Part shown: piece by piece, positions 30,270 to 39,497 of the stretch
How positions within the stretch are numbered: position 1 is the first letter of the stretch
Layout: each line of letters opens with the position of its first letter
Source: an uncultured Lachnospiraceae bacterium
GTDB lineage: Bacteria; Bacillota; Clostridia; Lachnospirales; Lachnospiraceae
DNA length: 64,000 bases
Assembly: GCA_944381575.1 (NCBI GenBank)
Contig: CALWLS010000003.1
Coordinates: 128,760 to 192,759, forward strand
Direction of reading: 5' to 3'
Made by a program: the position numbers and the translations under genes
Notes under the pieces: model-generated
What the model saw: the letters and a program-made list of their open reading frames with translations, nothing else
What the model was told of the DNA's origin: nothing
Database searches by the model: none

Positions 30270-30716
30270 ATGAAGGTCGGAAGACAGGCAAAGATAATCG
30301 AGCTGATCGGAAAATATGACATAGAGACCCAGGAGGAGCTGTGCGCAAAGCTTATTGAAGAAGGCTACGAGGTGACTCAGGCGACCGTATCAAGGGATAT
30401 AAGGGCGCTTAAGCTGACGAAGGTGGCGGACGGCGACGGAAGATCCGTATACAGGACCATGGCCGGAAACACAGATTTTTCACAGAAATATCTCAATATA
30501 TTAAAGAATGGATATGTTTCCATGGATATGGCTCAGAACATACTGGTCATAAAGACGGTGGCAGGCATGGCGATGGCAGTGGCCGCGGCCATAGATTCTC
30601 TTAACTACAGGGAGGTCGTAGGCTGCATAGCCGGAGACGATACGATAATGGTGGCAGTCAGGACAGTGGACGGCTGTCTTGACGTCATGCAGAAGCTCAG
30701 GGACATAGTTGACTGA
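30270..30716 (+). CDS. argR: arginine repressor
   Basis: 148 aa. ...RQ..I.ELI.......QEEL...L.E.G..VTQATVSRDI..L.L.K..., C-terminal GTIAGDDT-like IAGDDTIMV. Confidence 0.95.
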   Translation: MKVGRQAKIIELIGKYDIETQEELCAKLIEEGYEVTQATVSRDIRALKLTKVADGDGRSVYRTMAGNTDFSQKYLNILKNGYVSMDMAQNILVIKTVAGMAMAVAAAIDSLNYREVVGCIAGDDTIMVAVRTVDGCLDVMQKLRDIVD

Positions 30717-30728
30717 CGGGTACGGTTT

Positions 30729-32396
30729 ATGCTGCTTGAATTAAACGTAAAAGATATAGCGCTGATAAGGAAGGCGTCCGTGTCCTTTGGAAACGGGCTC
30801 AATATCCTTACCGGAGAGACCGGAGCCGGAAAATCCGTGATAATAGATTCCGTCATGCTGGCCCTCGGCGGCAAGGCAAAGGGGGATATCATAAGGTCGG
30901 GAGCCGAATACGCGTATATAGAGCTTATATTTGATGCAGGCGACCGTTTGGAAAGGCTTAAGGACCTTGGAGTATGTCCTGATGAAAACGGCGAAGTGAT
31001 CATAAGCCGCAGGATCATGCAGGGAAGAAGCGTAAGCCGCATAAATGACGAAACCGTGACCCTGTCAAGATTAAGGGAGATCACGGGACTTCTGATAGAT
31101 ATATACGGACAGAATGAATTCCATACCCTGATGGATAAAAAACAGCATCTTAAGATACTGGATTCATATATCTCAGACGACATAGGCATACTTAAGGCGG
31201 AAACGGAGCAGGCCTTCAGGGAGTATTCAAGAGCAAAGAAGGCCGCCGGATCCTTTACCATGGATGAAAAGGAAAGAAAAAGGGAGCTCGATATGCTCGC
31301 CTATGAGCTGGAGGAGATAGACGGAGCGGATCTTAAGGAATCCGAGGAGGAGGAGCTTTCAGCATATTTCAAAAAGCTCAATAACCTGAGGAACATAATG
31401 GAATATGCGGGAAGCGCAAACGAAAGCATAAGTTCCTTTGCACTGGAAAGAGCCATTTCAAATATAGAGCAGGCAATGAAGTATGATGAGGGGCTTAAAA
31501 CTGTTTATGATGAGCTGCTGGATGCCCAGTCCATACTGGACGCGGTGCTTAAGGATCTCGGAGGTTATATCAGCGGCCTTGAAGTAGATGAAGGGGAGCT
31601 TGATAGAGTCGAAAGAAGACTGGATCAGATACGCGGACTTGAGGCAAAGTACGGAAGGGATTATGCCGAGATAAAGGCTTACCGCGACGGCATCGAAAAG
31701 CGTATGGAAGAGCTTTCAAATTATGAGTCTAACATGCTGAAGGCTGAAGAGAATGCGGAAAATGCCCTTAAAAGGTTCTCTGACCTGAGCGCCAGATTGA
31801 GCCTTCACAGAAAAGAAGGAGCAAAAAAACTGTGCGGTGCGGTCATTTCAGAGCTTAAGGAGCTGGGCTTCGATAAGGCAGTGGTAGATATGGAATTCAA
31901 GGCCGCCGAGCCATCCCTTAACGGCACGGATGAAGTGACATTCCTTGCGGCCTTCAACCCGGGAGAGGCCTTAAAGCCGCTTCAGGAAGTGGCCTCCGGA
32001 GGAGAGCTCTCAAGAATGATGCTGGCACTTAAGACGGTCCTGGCGGAAACCGACGACATGCCGACGCTGATATTCGATGAGATAGATACCGGCATCAGCG
32101 GGCGCACAGCGCAGAAGGTGGCGGAAAAAATGGCCAAGATCGCAAGGAAGCATCAGGTCATATGCGTTTCACATCTGCCGCAGATAGCGGCCATGGCGGA
32201 CACTCATTTTGTGATAAGCAAGGAAGAAAAAGACGGAAGAAACATTACGAGCATTGACAGGCTTGACAGTGCAGGGTCCTTAAGGGAGCTTGCAAGGCTC
32301 CTTCAGGGAGCCGAGATAACAAGGGCGGTGGAGGAAAACGCTCTTGAGATGAAGAAACTTGCAGACAGGATAAAAGCAGGCATAGGTGGATCATGA
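30729..32396 (+). CDS. recN: DNA repair protein RecN
   Basis: 555 aa. Walker A GETGAGKS, long coiled-coil centre, signature ASGGELSR.MLALK, Walker B LIFDEIDTG.SG. Confidence 0.97.
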   Translation: MLLELNVKDIALIRKASVSFGNGLNILTGETGAGKSVIIDSVMLALGGKAKGDIIRSGAEYAYIELIFDAGDRLERLKDLGVCPDENGEVIISRRIMQGRSVSRINDETVTLSRLREITGLLIDIYGQNEFHTLMDKKQHLKILDSYISDDIGILKAETEQAFREYSRAKKAAGSFTMDEKERKRELDMLAYELEEIDGADLKESEEEELSAYFKKLNNLRNIMEYAGSANESISSFALERAISNIEQAMKYDEGLKTVYDELLDAQSILDAVLKDLGGYISGLEVDEGELDRVERRLDQIRGLEAKYGRDYAEIKAYRDGIEKRMEELSNYESNMLKAEENAENALKRFSDLSARLSLHRKEGAKKLCGAVISELKELGFDKAVVDMEFKAAEPSLNGTDEVTFLAAFNPGEALKPLQEVASGGELSRMMLALKTVLAETDDMPTLIFDEIDTGISGRTAQKVAEKMAKIARKHQVICVSHLPQIAAMADTHFVISKEEKDGRNITSIDRLDSAGSLRELARLLQGAEITRAVEENALEMKKLADRIKAGIGGS

Positions 32397-32857
32397 CACA
32401 GTGGCTTATAAGAAACCAGATCTTAATATCGGTCATAGTTGCCTGGGCTCTTGCCCAGCTTATAAAGACCTTTCTCTATCTCAGACTGGAAGGGCATTTC
32501 AGTGCGGAAAGACTGATAGGCTCAGGAGGGATGCCGAGCTCGCATTCCTCAACGGTATGCGCTCTTGCGGTGACGGCATTTTTTCTGTACGGCATACATT
32601 CATTTGAATTTGCCATAAGCTTTGTGCTTGCGATAATAGTCATGCATGACGCCATGGGAGTCAGGCTTGAGACAGGCAAGCAGGCGCAGATAATAAACGC
32701 CATACTTATGGATAATCCCTTCGGGCTTAAGGGAGAGGTCTTTGATCAGAAGTTAAAGGAGCTGGTGGGACATACTCCGCTTCAGGTAGTCTGCGGGGCT
32801 ATACTCGGCATTGTCGTTGCGGCAGTGATTCAGTTCATCGCGGTGGACCTTGGTTAA
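32393..32857 (+). CDS. divergent PAP2 family membrane protein (DUF212/YuiD-like)
   Basis: 154 aa. ...GGMPSSHS..V.AL......, ...VMHDA.GVR...G.QA motifs. Confidence 0.85.
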   Translation: MTQWLIRNQILISVIVAWALAQLIKTFLYLRLEGHFSAERLIGSGGMPSSHSSTVCALAVTAFFLYGIHSFEFAISFVLAIIVMHDAMGVRLETGKQAQIINAILMDNPFGLKGEVFDQKLKELVGHTPLQVVCGAILGIVVAAVIQFIAVDLG

Positions 32858-32883
32858 GAGCCGGAATTTAAGGAAAGGCTTAT

Positions 32884-33858
32884 ATGAGATCCGGAAACAG
32901 TAATAATTTCAGAAAAATAAAATGCGCCGCGGTCCTTACAGCGGCGGTATTTATTTTGCCTTCATGCAAGGGCCTTGAGCTTGAGAACAAGACCGAACAG
33001 GTAGAGGAATACACAAAAGAGCAGGCAATGGTCATCATCTCAAACGAGAGGAACAGGTATGAGAACGCCTACTCGGAGGACATCTGGAAGATATCCGTGG
33101 ATGACGAGGGTACGGGCTTTGACAAGCTGACGATCCAGAATGTCAAAAGCTATCTTGAGGAGATCAAGCTTTTGTGCATGCTGGCAGACGAAAGAGGCAT
33201 CAGCATTACAAGCACTGAGAGGGATATAGTGCGGCAGATGACCGACGAATATATGGCCGGCCTGGATGAGGGGGATCTTGAGTACATAGGCTGTACGAGA
33301 GAAGACGTACAGAAAATGTATACTGATATATTTCAGGCGGAGAAGCTGATAAACAGCATAACCGGCACGGTGGATTCGGAGATCAGCGACTCGGAGGCCA
33401 AGGTGATAAGCATACAGCAGATAGTGACCGCCGATGAAAAAAAGGCCAAGGCAATACTTAAAAGGATCAAGATCGACGGTGAAAATTTTAATTCCATGGC
33501 AAGCCGTTACACCGAGGACGAGGAGATAGATCTGAAGCTTATGCGCTCGGATAACGATGAGGATCTTATAACGAGGACGGCTTTCAGCCTTGAGGAAAAC
33601 GAAGTATCAAATATATTATTCAAGGATGGACTGTACTACATAATAAAGTGTACTGACGGCTATGCCGAAGAGGATACTCTTCTTAGAAAGGCAAGGCTTG
33701 AAGAGGCCATGAACAATAAGGCTGTAATGGACATCATCGGGCCATACAGGAACGAACACAACATACAGTTTGTGGAGAGATTCTGGAACAATATGGATTT
33801 CAGTGAGCCTGACGGCTCCGAAGCCGATGATTTTTTTGATATATACAATGAATATTAA
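32884..33858 (+). CDS. putative lipoprotein of the PrsA/SurA chaperone family with a degenerate PpiC-type domain
   Basis: 324 aa. Signal peptide ending in a lipobox-like ILPSC. ...ENFNSMASRYTEDEE...GLYYIIKC resembles a rotamase fold with diverged core residues. Confidence 0.45.
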   Translation: MRSGNSNNFRKIKCAAVLTAAVFILPSCKGLELENKTEQVEEYTKEQAMVIISNERNRYENAYSEDIWKISVDDEGTGFDKLTIQNVKSYLEEIKLLCMLADERGISITSTERDIVRQMTDEYMAGLDEGDLEYIGCTREDVQKMYTDIFQAEKLINSITGTVDSEISDSEAKVISIQQIVTADEKKAKAILKRIKIDGENFNSMASRYTEDEEIDLKLMRSDNDEDLITRTAFSLEENEVSNILFKDGLYYIIKCTDGYAEEDTLLRKARLEEAMNNKAVMDIIGPYRNEHNIQFVERFWNNMDFSEPDGSEADDFFDIYNEY

Positions 33859-33879
33859 GGATTAGGAGATGATGATAAA

Positions 33880-35952
33880 ATGTCAGTAATTGACAAAAAA
33901 GGAACTTTAAACATCGACAGTGAAAACATGTTCCCGATAATCAAAAAATGGCTTTATCAGGATCATGATATTTTTTTCAGGGAGATGATCTCCAACGGCT
34001 GCGATGCGGTGACAAAGCTTAAAAAGCTTGCGCTTATAGGGGAGTATACGCCTGAGGGGGATGAAGCCTACAGGATAGACGTCACGGTGGATCCGGATGA
34101 AAGGACCATAACCTTTGAGGATAACGGAATAGGAATGGACTATGACGAGGTGGATTCCTATATCAATCAGGTGGCATTTTCCGGAGCTTCCGACTTCATC
34201 AGGAAATACAAGGATAAGGCAAATGAGGACCAGATCATAGGGCATTTCGGTCTGGGCTTTTATTCGGCCTTCATGGTCTCCGACAAGGTCACCATTGATA
34301 CGCTTTCGTATAAGGAGGGCGCAGAGCCGGTGCTTTGGACATCGGAAAACGGAAGCGATTATGAGATGCAGGAGGGTAGTAGAAAGACCCACGGCACAAC
34401 CATAAAGCTCCATATCACCGATGATGAGATACAGTTCTGTAACGGCTACAAGGCGCGGGAGGTTATTGAAAAATACTGCTCCTTCATGCCTGTGGAGATA
34501 TACTTAAAGGATATCTCAAAGCTGAAAAAGGAGGAAGAGGAGAAGGCCGGGGCGGAAGCCGGAAATACAGAGGAAGGCGCTGCTGAAAAGCCTGTGGAAA
34601 AGCCGGAGGAAAAGCCTCTTAATGATATTCATCCTCTCTGGAACGAAAATCCTTCAGCGGTCACAGAGGAACAGTATAAGGAGTTCTACCACAAAGTATT
34701 CGGAGATTACAGGGATCCGTTATTCTGGATACACCTGAACATGGATTATCCATTTAATCTTAAGGGCATCCTGTATTTTCCAAAGGTAGGCGGAGTATAC
34801 GACAACATCGAAGGAAAGATAAAGCTGTACAACAATCAGGTATTTATAGCCGATAACATAAAGGAGGTAATACCTGAGTATCTGCTTCTTTTAAAGGGCG
34901 CAATAGACTGCCCTGACCTGCCTCTGAATGTGTCAAGGTCGGCCCTTCAGAACGACGGCTTTGTAAAAAAGATATCTGACTACATTACAAAAAAGGTATC
35001 GGACAAGCTCACCGGCATGTTTAAGACTGACCGGGAGAATTACGAAAAATACTGGAATGACATAAGTCCGTTCATCAAATTCGGCTGCATAAGGGACGAA
35101 AAGTTCGGAGAAAAGATGAAGGACGCCGTCATATTTGAGGACCTTGAGGGAAGGTTCGTTACGGCGGAGGATTATATAAAGGGCTCGGGCGCCGGAGCTG
35201 CTGATGATACGGTAAATGACACCGCAAATGCTGCCGAAGGCGGCACAAACGATACTGCAGGCAGCGCAGCTGATAAAACTGAAAATACTGCCGCAGATAC
35301 CGCAGGTTCTGCCGATAAAGCCGATGATAAAAAGGAAAAACATAAGATATACTATGTAACGGATAAAAAGGAACAGAGCCAGTACATCCTGATGTTTAAA
35401 AAGGCCGGACAGAACGCGGTCATCCTCGATCATCCTATAGACACGCCTTTCATATCGTACTTTGAGTTAAAGCATGACGACCTGAGCTTTATAAGGATCG
35501 ATGCGGATCTCACGGAGGATTTCAAGGACAAAGAAGAGCTTACCGAGGAGGAGAAAAAGGATAATGACAGCCTCATAGAGCTGTTCAGGGACGTGCTTGG
35601 AGATAAGGAGCTGGATGTAAGGGTAGAAAAGCTTAAGGATGATTCAGTCGCTTCCCTTATGACCATGTCAGAGGAGGGAAGGCGCATGCAGGAGATGATG
35701 AAAATGTATGCGGCCTACGGAATGGACATGGGTGCGGACGACAGCGCCCAGACCCTGGTGCTTAACTCCGGAAACAGGCTCGTAAAGCGACTCATCAACG
35801 ATAACAGGGAAGGAAGCGTCACCGAGGAAGACAGAAAGGTAGCGGAGCAGCTCTATGACCTTGCGCTTTTGTCAAGAGGCTCGTTAAATGCGGACAGGAT
35901 GGAGAAATTTATACAGCGCAGCCAGGAGCTGATGCTTGGAGCAGATAAATAA
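33880..35952 (+). CDS. htpG: molecular chaperone HtpG (Hsp90) with two low-complexity insertions
   Basis: 690 aa. GHKL ATPase motifs (EMISNGCDA, DNGIGM, GHFGLGFYSAFMV), middle and C-terminal domains collinear with HtpG. Confidence 0.95.
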   Translation: MSVIDKKGTLNIDSENMFPIIKKWLYQDHDIFFREMISNGCDAVTKLKKLALIGEYTPEGDEAYRIDVTVDPDERTITFEDNGIGMDYDEVDSYINQVAFSGASDFIRKYKDKANEDQIIGHFGLGFYSAFMVSDKVTIDTLSYKEGAEPVLWTSENGSDYEMQEGSRKTHGTTIKLHITDDEIQFCNGYKAREVIEKYCSFMPVEIYLKDISKLKKEEEEKAGAEAGNTEEGAAEKPVEKPEEKPLNDIHPLWNENPSAVTEEQYKEFYHKVFGDYRDPLFWIHLNMDYPFNLKGILYFPKVGGVYDNIEGKIKLYNNQVFIADNIKEVIPEYLLLLKGAIDCPDLPLNVSRSALQNDGFVKKISDYITKKVSDKLTGMFKTDRENYEKYWNDISPFIKFGCIRDEKFGEKMKDAVIFEDLEGRFVTAEDYIKGSGAGAADDTVNDTANAAEGGTNDTAGSAADKTENTAADTAGSADKADDKKEKHKIYYVTDKKEQSQYILMFKKAGQNAVILDHPIDTPFISYFELKHDDLSFIRIDADLTEDFKDKEELTEEEKKDNDSLIELFRDVLGDKELDVRVEKLKDDSVASLMTMSEEGRRMQEMMKMYAAYGMDMGADDSAQTLVLNSGNRLVKRLINDNREGSVTEEDRKVAEQLYDLALLSRGSLNADRMEKFIQRSQELMLGADK

Positions 35953-35967
35953 ATCAAGAGGTAGCAT

Positions 35968-37371
35968 ATGATGGATAAGAAAGAAAAAACTCCGGGAGAA
36001 AAGCTTAAGGAGGAGATCGGCTTTAAATTTAAGCACATTGCGGAATTAAAGCCGGAGGACATAAGCCCTTCCATGGAATTTGCAGAGGGCTATAAGCGCT
36101 TTATGAACAGTTCCAAGACCGAAAGGGAATGCGTAAAGGTATTAAGGGAAATGGCCGAAAAGGAAGGATACGCCGAATTTGACGCCTCCAATATGTATAA
36201 GGCCGGAGACAGGGTGTATTTCGTAAACCGAGATAAGAACATTTTCCTTCTGACCTTTGGAAAACGCCCTGTGGCTGACGGCATAAGATTCAACATAGCC
36301 CATATAGACAGCCCGAGGCTTGACTTAAAGCCTAATCCGGTGATGGAAAATACGGAGATAGCATATTTCAAAACTCATTATTACGGCGGTATAAGAAAGT
36401 ATCAGTGGGGCACCATACCCCTTGCCATGCACGGAGTAGTAATGCTTAAGGACGGAAGCCGCGTGGATATTTCCATTGGTGAGGGAGACGACGAGCCTAA
36501 GTTCATGGTATCGGATCTGCTGCCGCATCTCTCCGCTCAGCAGAATAAGAGGCCGTTAAATGAAGGCCTTAAGGGCGAGGAGCTTAACATTATCATAGGA
36601 AATATACCTTTTAATGAGCAGGACCTTGCGGAGAGATATAAGCTCACGGCTCTTAAGATACTGAACGACAGATACGGCATGACGGAAAAGGATTTTGTAA
36701 GGGCCGAGATAGAGATGGTGCCTGCGGCAAAGGCTACGGACATAGGCCTTGACAGATCCATGGTAGGAGCCTACGGCCAGGACGACAAGGTCTGCGCCTA
36801 TGCTGCTGCCATTGCGGCCTTTGAAATAAAGGAGCCGGAGTATACGACCCTGACCGTGTTTACCGATAAGGAGGAGATCGGCTCAGAGGGCAACACCGGC
36901 ATGGCTTCAAAGGCACTGCATCATTTTGTTGAGGATATATGCGACATTTACGGTCTTAAGACGAGAAATGTATACAGAAGATCCATATGCATTTCCTCAG
37001 ACGTCAACCCGGCCTTTGATCCGACATTTGCCGATGTTTTTGAGGTGAATAACTCAAGCTACCTTGGGCATGGTCCGGTACTTACAAAATATACCGGCTC
37101 AAGAGGAAAGTCAGGATCGAACGACGCCTCGGCTGAAACCATGGCAAAGGTCATAAGCTGCATGGAAAAAGAAGGAGTCATCTGGCAGATAGGCGAGCTT
37201 GGAAAAGTAGATGAAGGCGGAGGAGGGACCATCGCCCTGTTTATGGGCGATAACGATGTCGATACCGTTGATCTCGGAGTACCGGTGCTTGCCATGCATT
37301 CACCGTTTGAGGTGACCTCAAAGCTTGACCTGTATCACACCTATAAGGCATACTGTGCATTTTACAGGTAA
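35968..37371 (+). CDS. M18 family aminopeptidase
   Basis: 467 aa. ...FNIAHIDSPRLDLKP..., ...TDKEEIGS.G..G..S..., ...LAMHSP.E. Confidence 0.88.
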   Translation: MMDKKEKTPGEKLKEEIGFKFKHIAELKPEDISPSMEFAEGYKRFMNSSKTERECVKVLREMAEKEGYAEFDASNMYKAGDRVYFVNRDKNIFLLTFGKRPVADGIRFNIAHIDSPRLDLKPNPVMENTEIAYFKTHYYGGIRKYQWGTIPLAMHGVVMLKDGSRVDISIGEGDDEPKFMVSDLLPHLSAQQNKRPLNEGLKGEELNIIIGNIPFNEQDLAERYKLTALKILNDRYGMTEKDFVRAEIEMVPAAKATDIGLDRSMVGAYGQDDKVCAYAAAIAAFEIKEPEYTTLTVFTDKEEIGSEGNTGMASKALHHFVEDICDIYGLKTRNVYRRSICISSDVNPAFDPTFADVFEVNNSSYLGHGPVLTKYTGSRGKSGSNDASAETMAKVISCMEKEGVIWQIGELGKVDEGGGGTIALFMGDNDVDTVDLGVPVLAMHSPFEVTSKLDLYHTYKAYCAFYR

Positions 37372-37466
37372 GACTTGCAGAAACAGCAGAGAGCGGTGCG
37401 GACAGCGATCATGTAAATATCAGCAGAAAAAAGCCTGCTGATGATATATTGGAGAAGGCGGCGGCA

Positions 37467-37841
37467 ATGGAAAAGAAAAGATCTGATATGATACTCATAG
37501 CGGTCCTTATCATCGCCGCCGTCATCATGCTTGCAGGCTGGCGTATCAAAAAGCAGAATGCTGCGGGCTCATCAGATACCATACTGGAGATAACCGTTGA
37601 CGGCAGCACGGTGTTTAAGGAAAAAACAGAGGATCTTGAACTGCCCTTTACATATAAGGTGGAAACTGAAAACGGAGGCCTGAACATTTTCAGGGCCGAA
37701 AGGCTCGAAGACGGCAGCATAGGCGTGTCCTGCGAATCAGCGGACTGCCCGGATAAAGTCTGCGTCGATACCGGAGTCATAACGCTCCCGGGAGAAGTGA
37801 TAGTCTGCCTCCCTCACAGGGTGACCGCGGGGCTGTACTGA
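37467..37841 (+). CDS. NusG domain II-containing small membrane-anchored protein
   Basis: N-terminal TM (ILIAVLIIAAVIML), then I.VDG......, CxxxxCPDKVC and C-terminal VCLPH...V. ATG at 37467 follows a GGAGAAGG SD. The track start at 37449 is a TTG. Confidence 0.65.
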   Translation: MEKKRSDMILIAVLIIAAVIMLAGWRIKKQNAAGSSDTILEITVDGSTVFKEKTEDLELPFTYKVETENGGLNIFRAERLEDGSIGVSCESADCPDKVCVDTGVITLPGEVIVCLPHRVTAGLY

Positions 37842-37960
37842 CCTGGACCGCAGGGCTGTAGTGGCCAGGACCGCATGGCTGTAACAGCTCGGACTGCGGG
37901 TCTGTACAGACCAGGCCAAATGGCTTTACGGACGTGGATCACACATGGCTTGCGTGGGTT
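37823..37960. repeat. degenerate 23-nt tandem repeat array, 4 good plus about 2 decayed units
   Basis: Units start at 37823, 37846, 37869, 37892 and 37915 (GACCGCnGGGCTGTAnnnnCCnG). The array begins in the last codons of the preceding CDS and its period is not a multiple of 3. Confidence 0.75.
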
Positions 37961-38032
37961 AATACTGCGGCAGCAGACGCAGCACATAAACATCGTGAAA
38001 ACATAAAAGAATAAAAAACAATAATTCGGTGC

Positions 38033-38061
38033 TTGACAAAAAGTATATTGTTTTGTATTAT
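38033..38061 (+). promoter_or_regulatory. promoter for the tRNA-Val/tRNA-Met pair
   Basis: TTGACA (38033-38038), 17-nt spacer, TATTAT (38056-38061), about 25 nt upstream of tRNA-Val. AT-rich upstream region. Confidence 0.6.
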
Positions 38062-38085
38062 TCTAAATGTTCTGTTAAATGTTAA

Positions 38086-38158
38086 GGGGTCTTAGCTCAG
38101 CTGGGAGAGCATCTGCCTTACAAGCAGAGGGTCATAGGTTCGAGCCCTATAGGCCCCA
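38086..38158 (+). tRNA. tRNA-Val (anticodon TAC)
   Basis: Hand-folded cloverleaf: acceptor GGGGTCT/AGGCCCC, D arm GCTC..GAGC, anticodon arm TCTGC-CTTACAA-GCAGA, T arm ATAGG-TTCGAGC-CCTAT. CCA is not encoded. Confidence 0.9.
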
Positions 38159-38178
38159 TTCCTTTATCAGATACATAT

Positions 38179-38252
38179 GGCGGAATAGCTCAGCTGGCTA
38201 GAGCACACGGTTCATACCCGTGGTGTCGAGAGTTCAAGTCTCCCTTCCGCTA
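38179..38252 (+). tRNA. tRNA-Met (anticodon CAT), elongator-like
   Basis: Acceptor GGCGGAA/TTCCGCT (G1-U72 wobble), anticodon arm CACGG-TTCATAC-CCGTG, T loop TTCAAGT (one A-C mismatch in the T stem). Resembles B. subtilis elongator Met. An Ile2 (lysidine) identity is not excluded. Confidence 0.8.
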
Positions 38253-38263
38253 CTTGTTATAAG

Positions 38264-38304
38264 ATCCCGAGAGCCTTGCACAGCTTGGTTTTCGGGATTT
38301 TTGA
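38264..38304 (+). terminator. intrinsic terminator after the tRNA pair
   Basis: ATCCCGA ... TCGGGAT stem followed by TTTTT. Confidence 0.65.
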
Positions 38305-38331
38305 GTTATAGGACAAAACGTGTTGGTAAAA

Positions 38332-38369
38332 ACCCGCTATAAGCTAAGTATATAAGGCTTATAGCGGGT
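38332..38369. terminator. 13-bp perfect hairpin; probable terminator for the minus-strand SIMPL gene (bidirectional)
   Basis: ACCCGCTATAAGC / GCTTATAGCGGGT with a 12-nt loop. TTTTACC follows on the minus strand. Confidence 0.6.
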
Positions 38370-38464
38370 CATATCTTTTATTGAAGTATTTTTAAACTTA
38401 ATTTATTGAGTTTTTGACATAAATGTTAACGGAAATTTAGAGTTAAGTTTGATTTTAGCAAGGC

Positions 38465-39262
38465 TTATTTTACGTTATAAGTAACGGTCACCGTGGCGGA
38501 GACATCTATCTCAGAAGGAAGGACCTTCATTGAGGATGTGGATACTCCTCCTGCAGGCGCCGCGGTCTCGTTTACTCCATAGTCTGCATAGCCGCTGGTG
38601 CTGCTGTATCTTGCACGGTCGTTAGGCAGGCTTTCATCAACGCTTACAAAGCCCGAGATCTCGGAGCCCATGGATGAAGCGATGCTTTCGGCCTTTTGAG
38701 AGGCAAGGCTGATCGCCTTATCAAGCGCTTCAGCATAAGCCTCATCATATGTGCTGGAGTAATACTGTACTCCGTCCAGTCTGTTGGCGCCTGCTTCAAG
38801 GACTCCGTCGAGCACGTCGCCCACGGCATCCTTTGCCACATCGCTGAGCACTACGGTGGTGCGCATCTGATAACCGATGAGAGTGGAAGCGCCGTTGGAA
38901 TAATCATAATCTCCGTAAAGGGAGAAATCCGAGGTGCTGATGGAGCTTTCCTCATATCCGAGGCCGGTAAGATAGCTTACTATGCTGTCGAGAGTCTCTG
39001 AATTGATCTTTGTGACCTCCTCCACGGTGGCAGCCTTTGAATCAACTCCGAATCTGAGCTCTGCCATGTCAGGTTCCACCTGAACATTTTCTGAAGCTGA
39101 AACGGTTATGGTCTTTGCATTTTCAGAGGCTGAGACTGCGCTTCCTGCGGATTCGATGGTTATGGCCGGGTTCCCGGGAGCCTGCTGGCCCGCTACTACG
39201 CAGCCCGTAAATAAAACTGAGGCAGCCGATATAACAGCGGCCGGTATCAATATTTTCTTCAT
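38465..39262 (-). CDS. SIMPL domain (DUF541) lipoprotein
   Basis: MKKILIPAAVISAASVLFTGC lipobox, then ITVSASENVQVEPDMAELRFGV... typical of SIMPL. ATG at 39262. The track start at 39418 is an upstream extension. Confidence 0.8.
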   Translation of the reverse strand: MKKILIPAAVISAASVLFTGCVVAGQQAPGNPAITIESAGSAVSASENAKTITVSASENVQVEPDMAELRFGVDSKAATVEEVTKINSETLDSIVSYLTGLGYEESSISTSDFSLYGDYDYSNGASTLIGYQMRTTVVLSDVAKDAVGDVLDGVLEAGANRLDGVQYYSSTYDEAYAEALDKAISLASQKAESIASSMGSEISGFVSVDESLPNDRARYSSTSGYADYGVNETAAPAGGVSTSSMKVLPSEIDVSATVTVTYNVK

Positions 39263-39497
39263 GATTATCTCATTTCCTTTCCGTATATTTGAAGGCTGAA
39301 ATGCCATATGAAATATATACTTCTTTGACCTGAGTATATCAAAGGGCCAAAGGCAAGACAACTTAAGTAATCCTATACTTTTTATTAAAGCCGGCATACG
39401 GGAGCGGCCGGCATTCAAATCAATCTGTCCAATTAAGAGTCTTTAGTGGTACAATACATAAGGATGGTTAAATATTGCTGAATTAAGGAGGCATATC

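Noticed and set aside
30605-31261. 218-aa minus-strand ORF opposite argR/recN
   Set aside because: It is antisense to conserved genes and its Ser/Leu/Pro-rich translation is typical of the reverse frame of GAR/AAR-rich coding DNA.
37823-37960. Possibility that the 23-nt repeats are a CRISPR array
   Set aside because: The units are directly contiguous with no spacers, degenerate rapidly, are only 23 nt long, and no cas genes are nearby.
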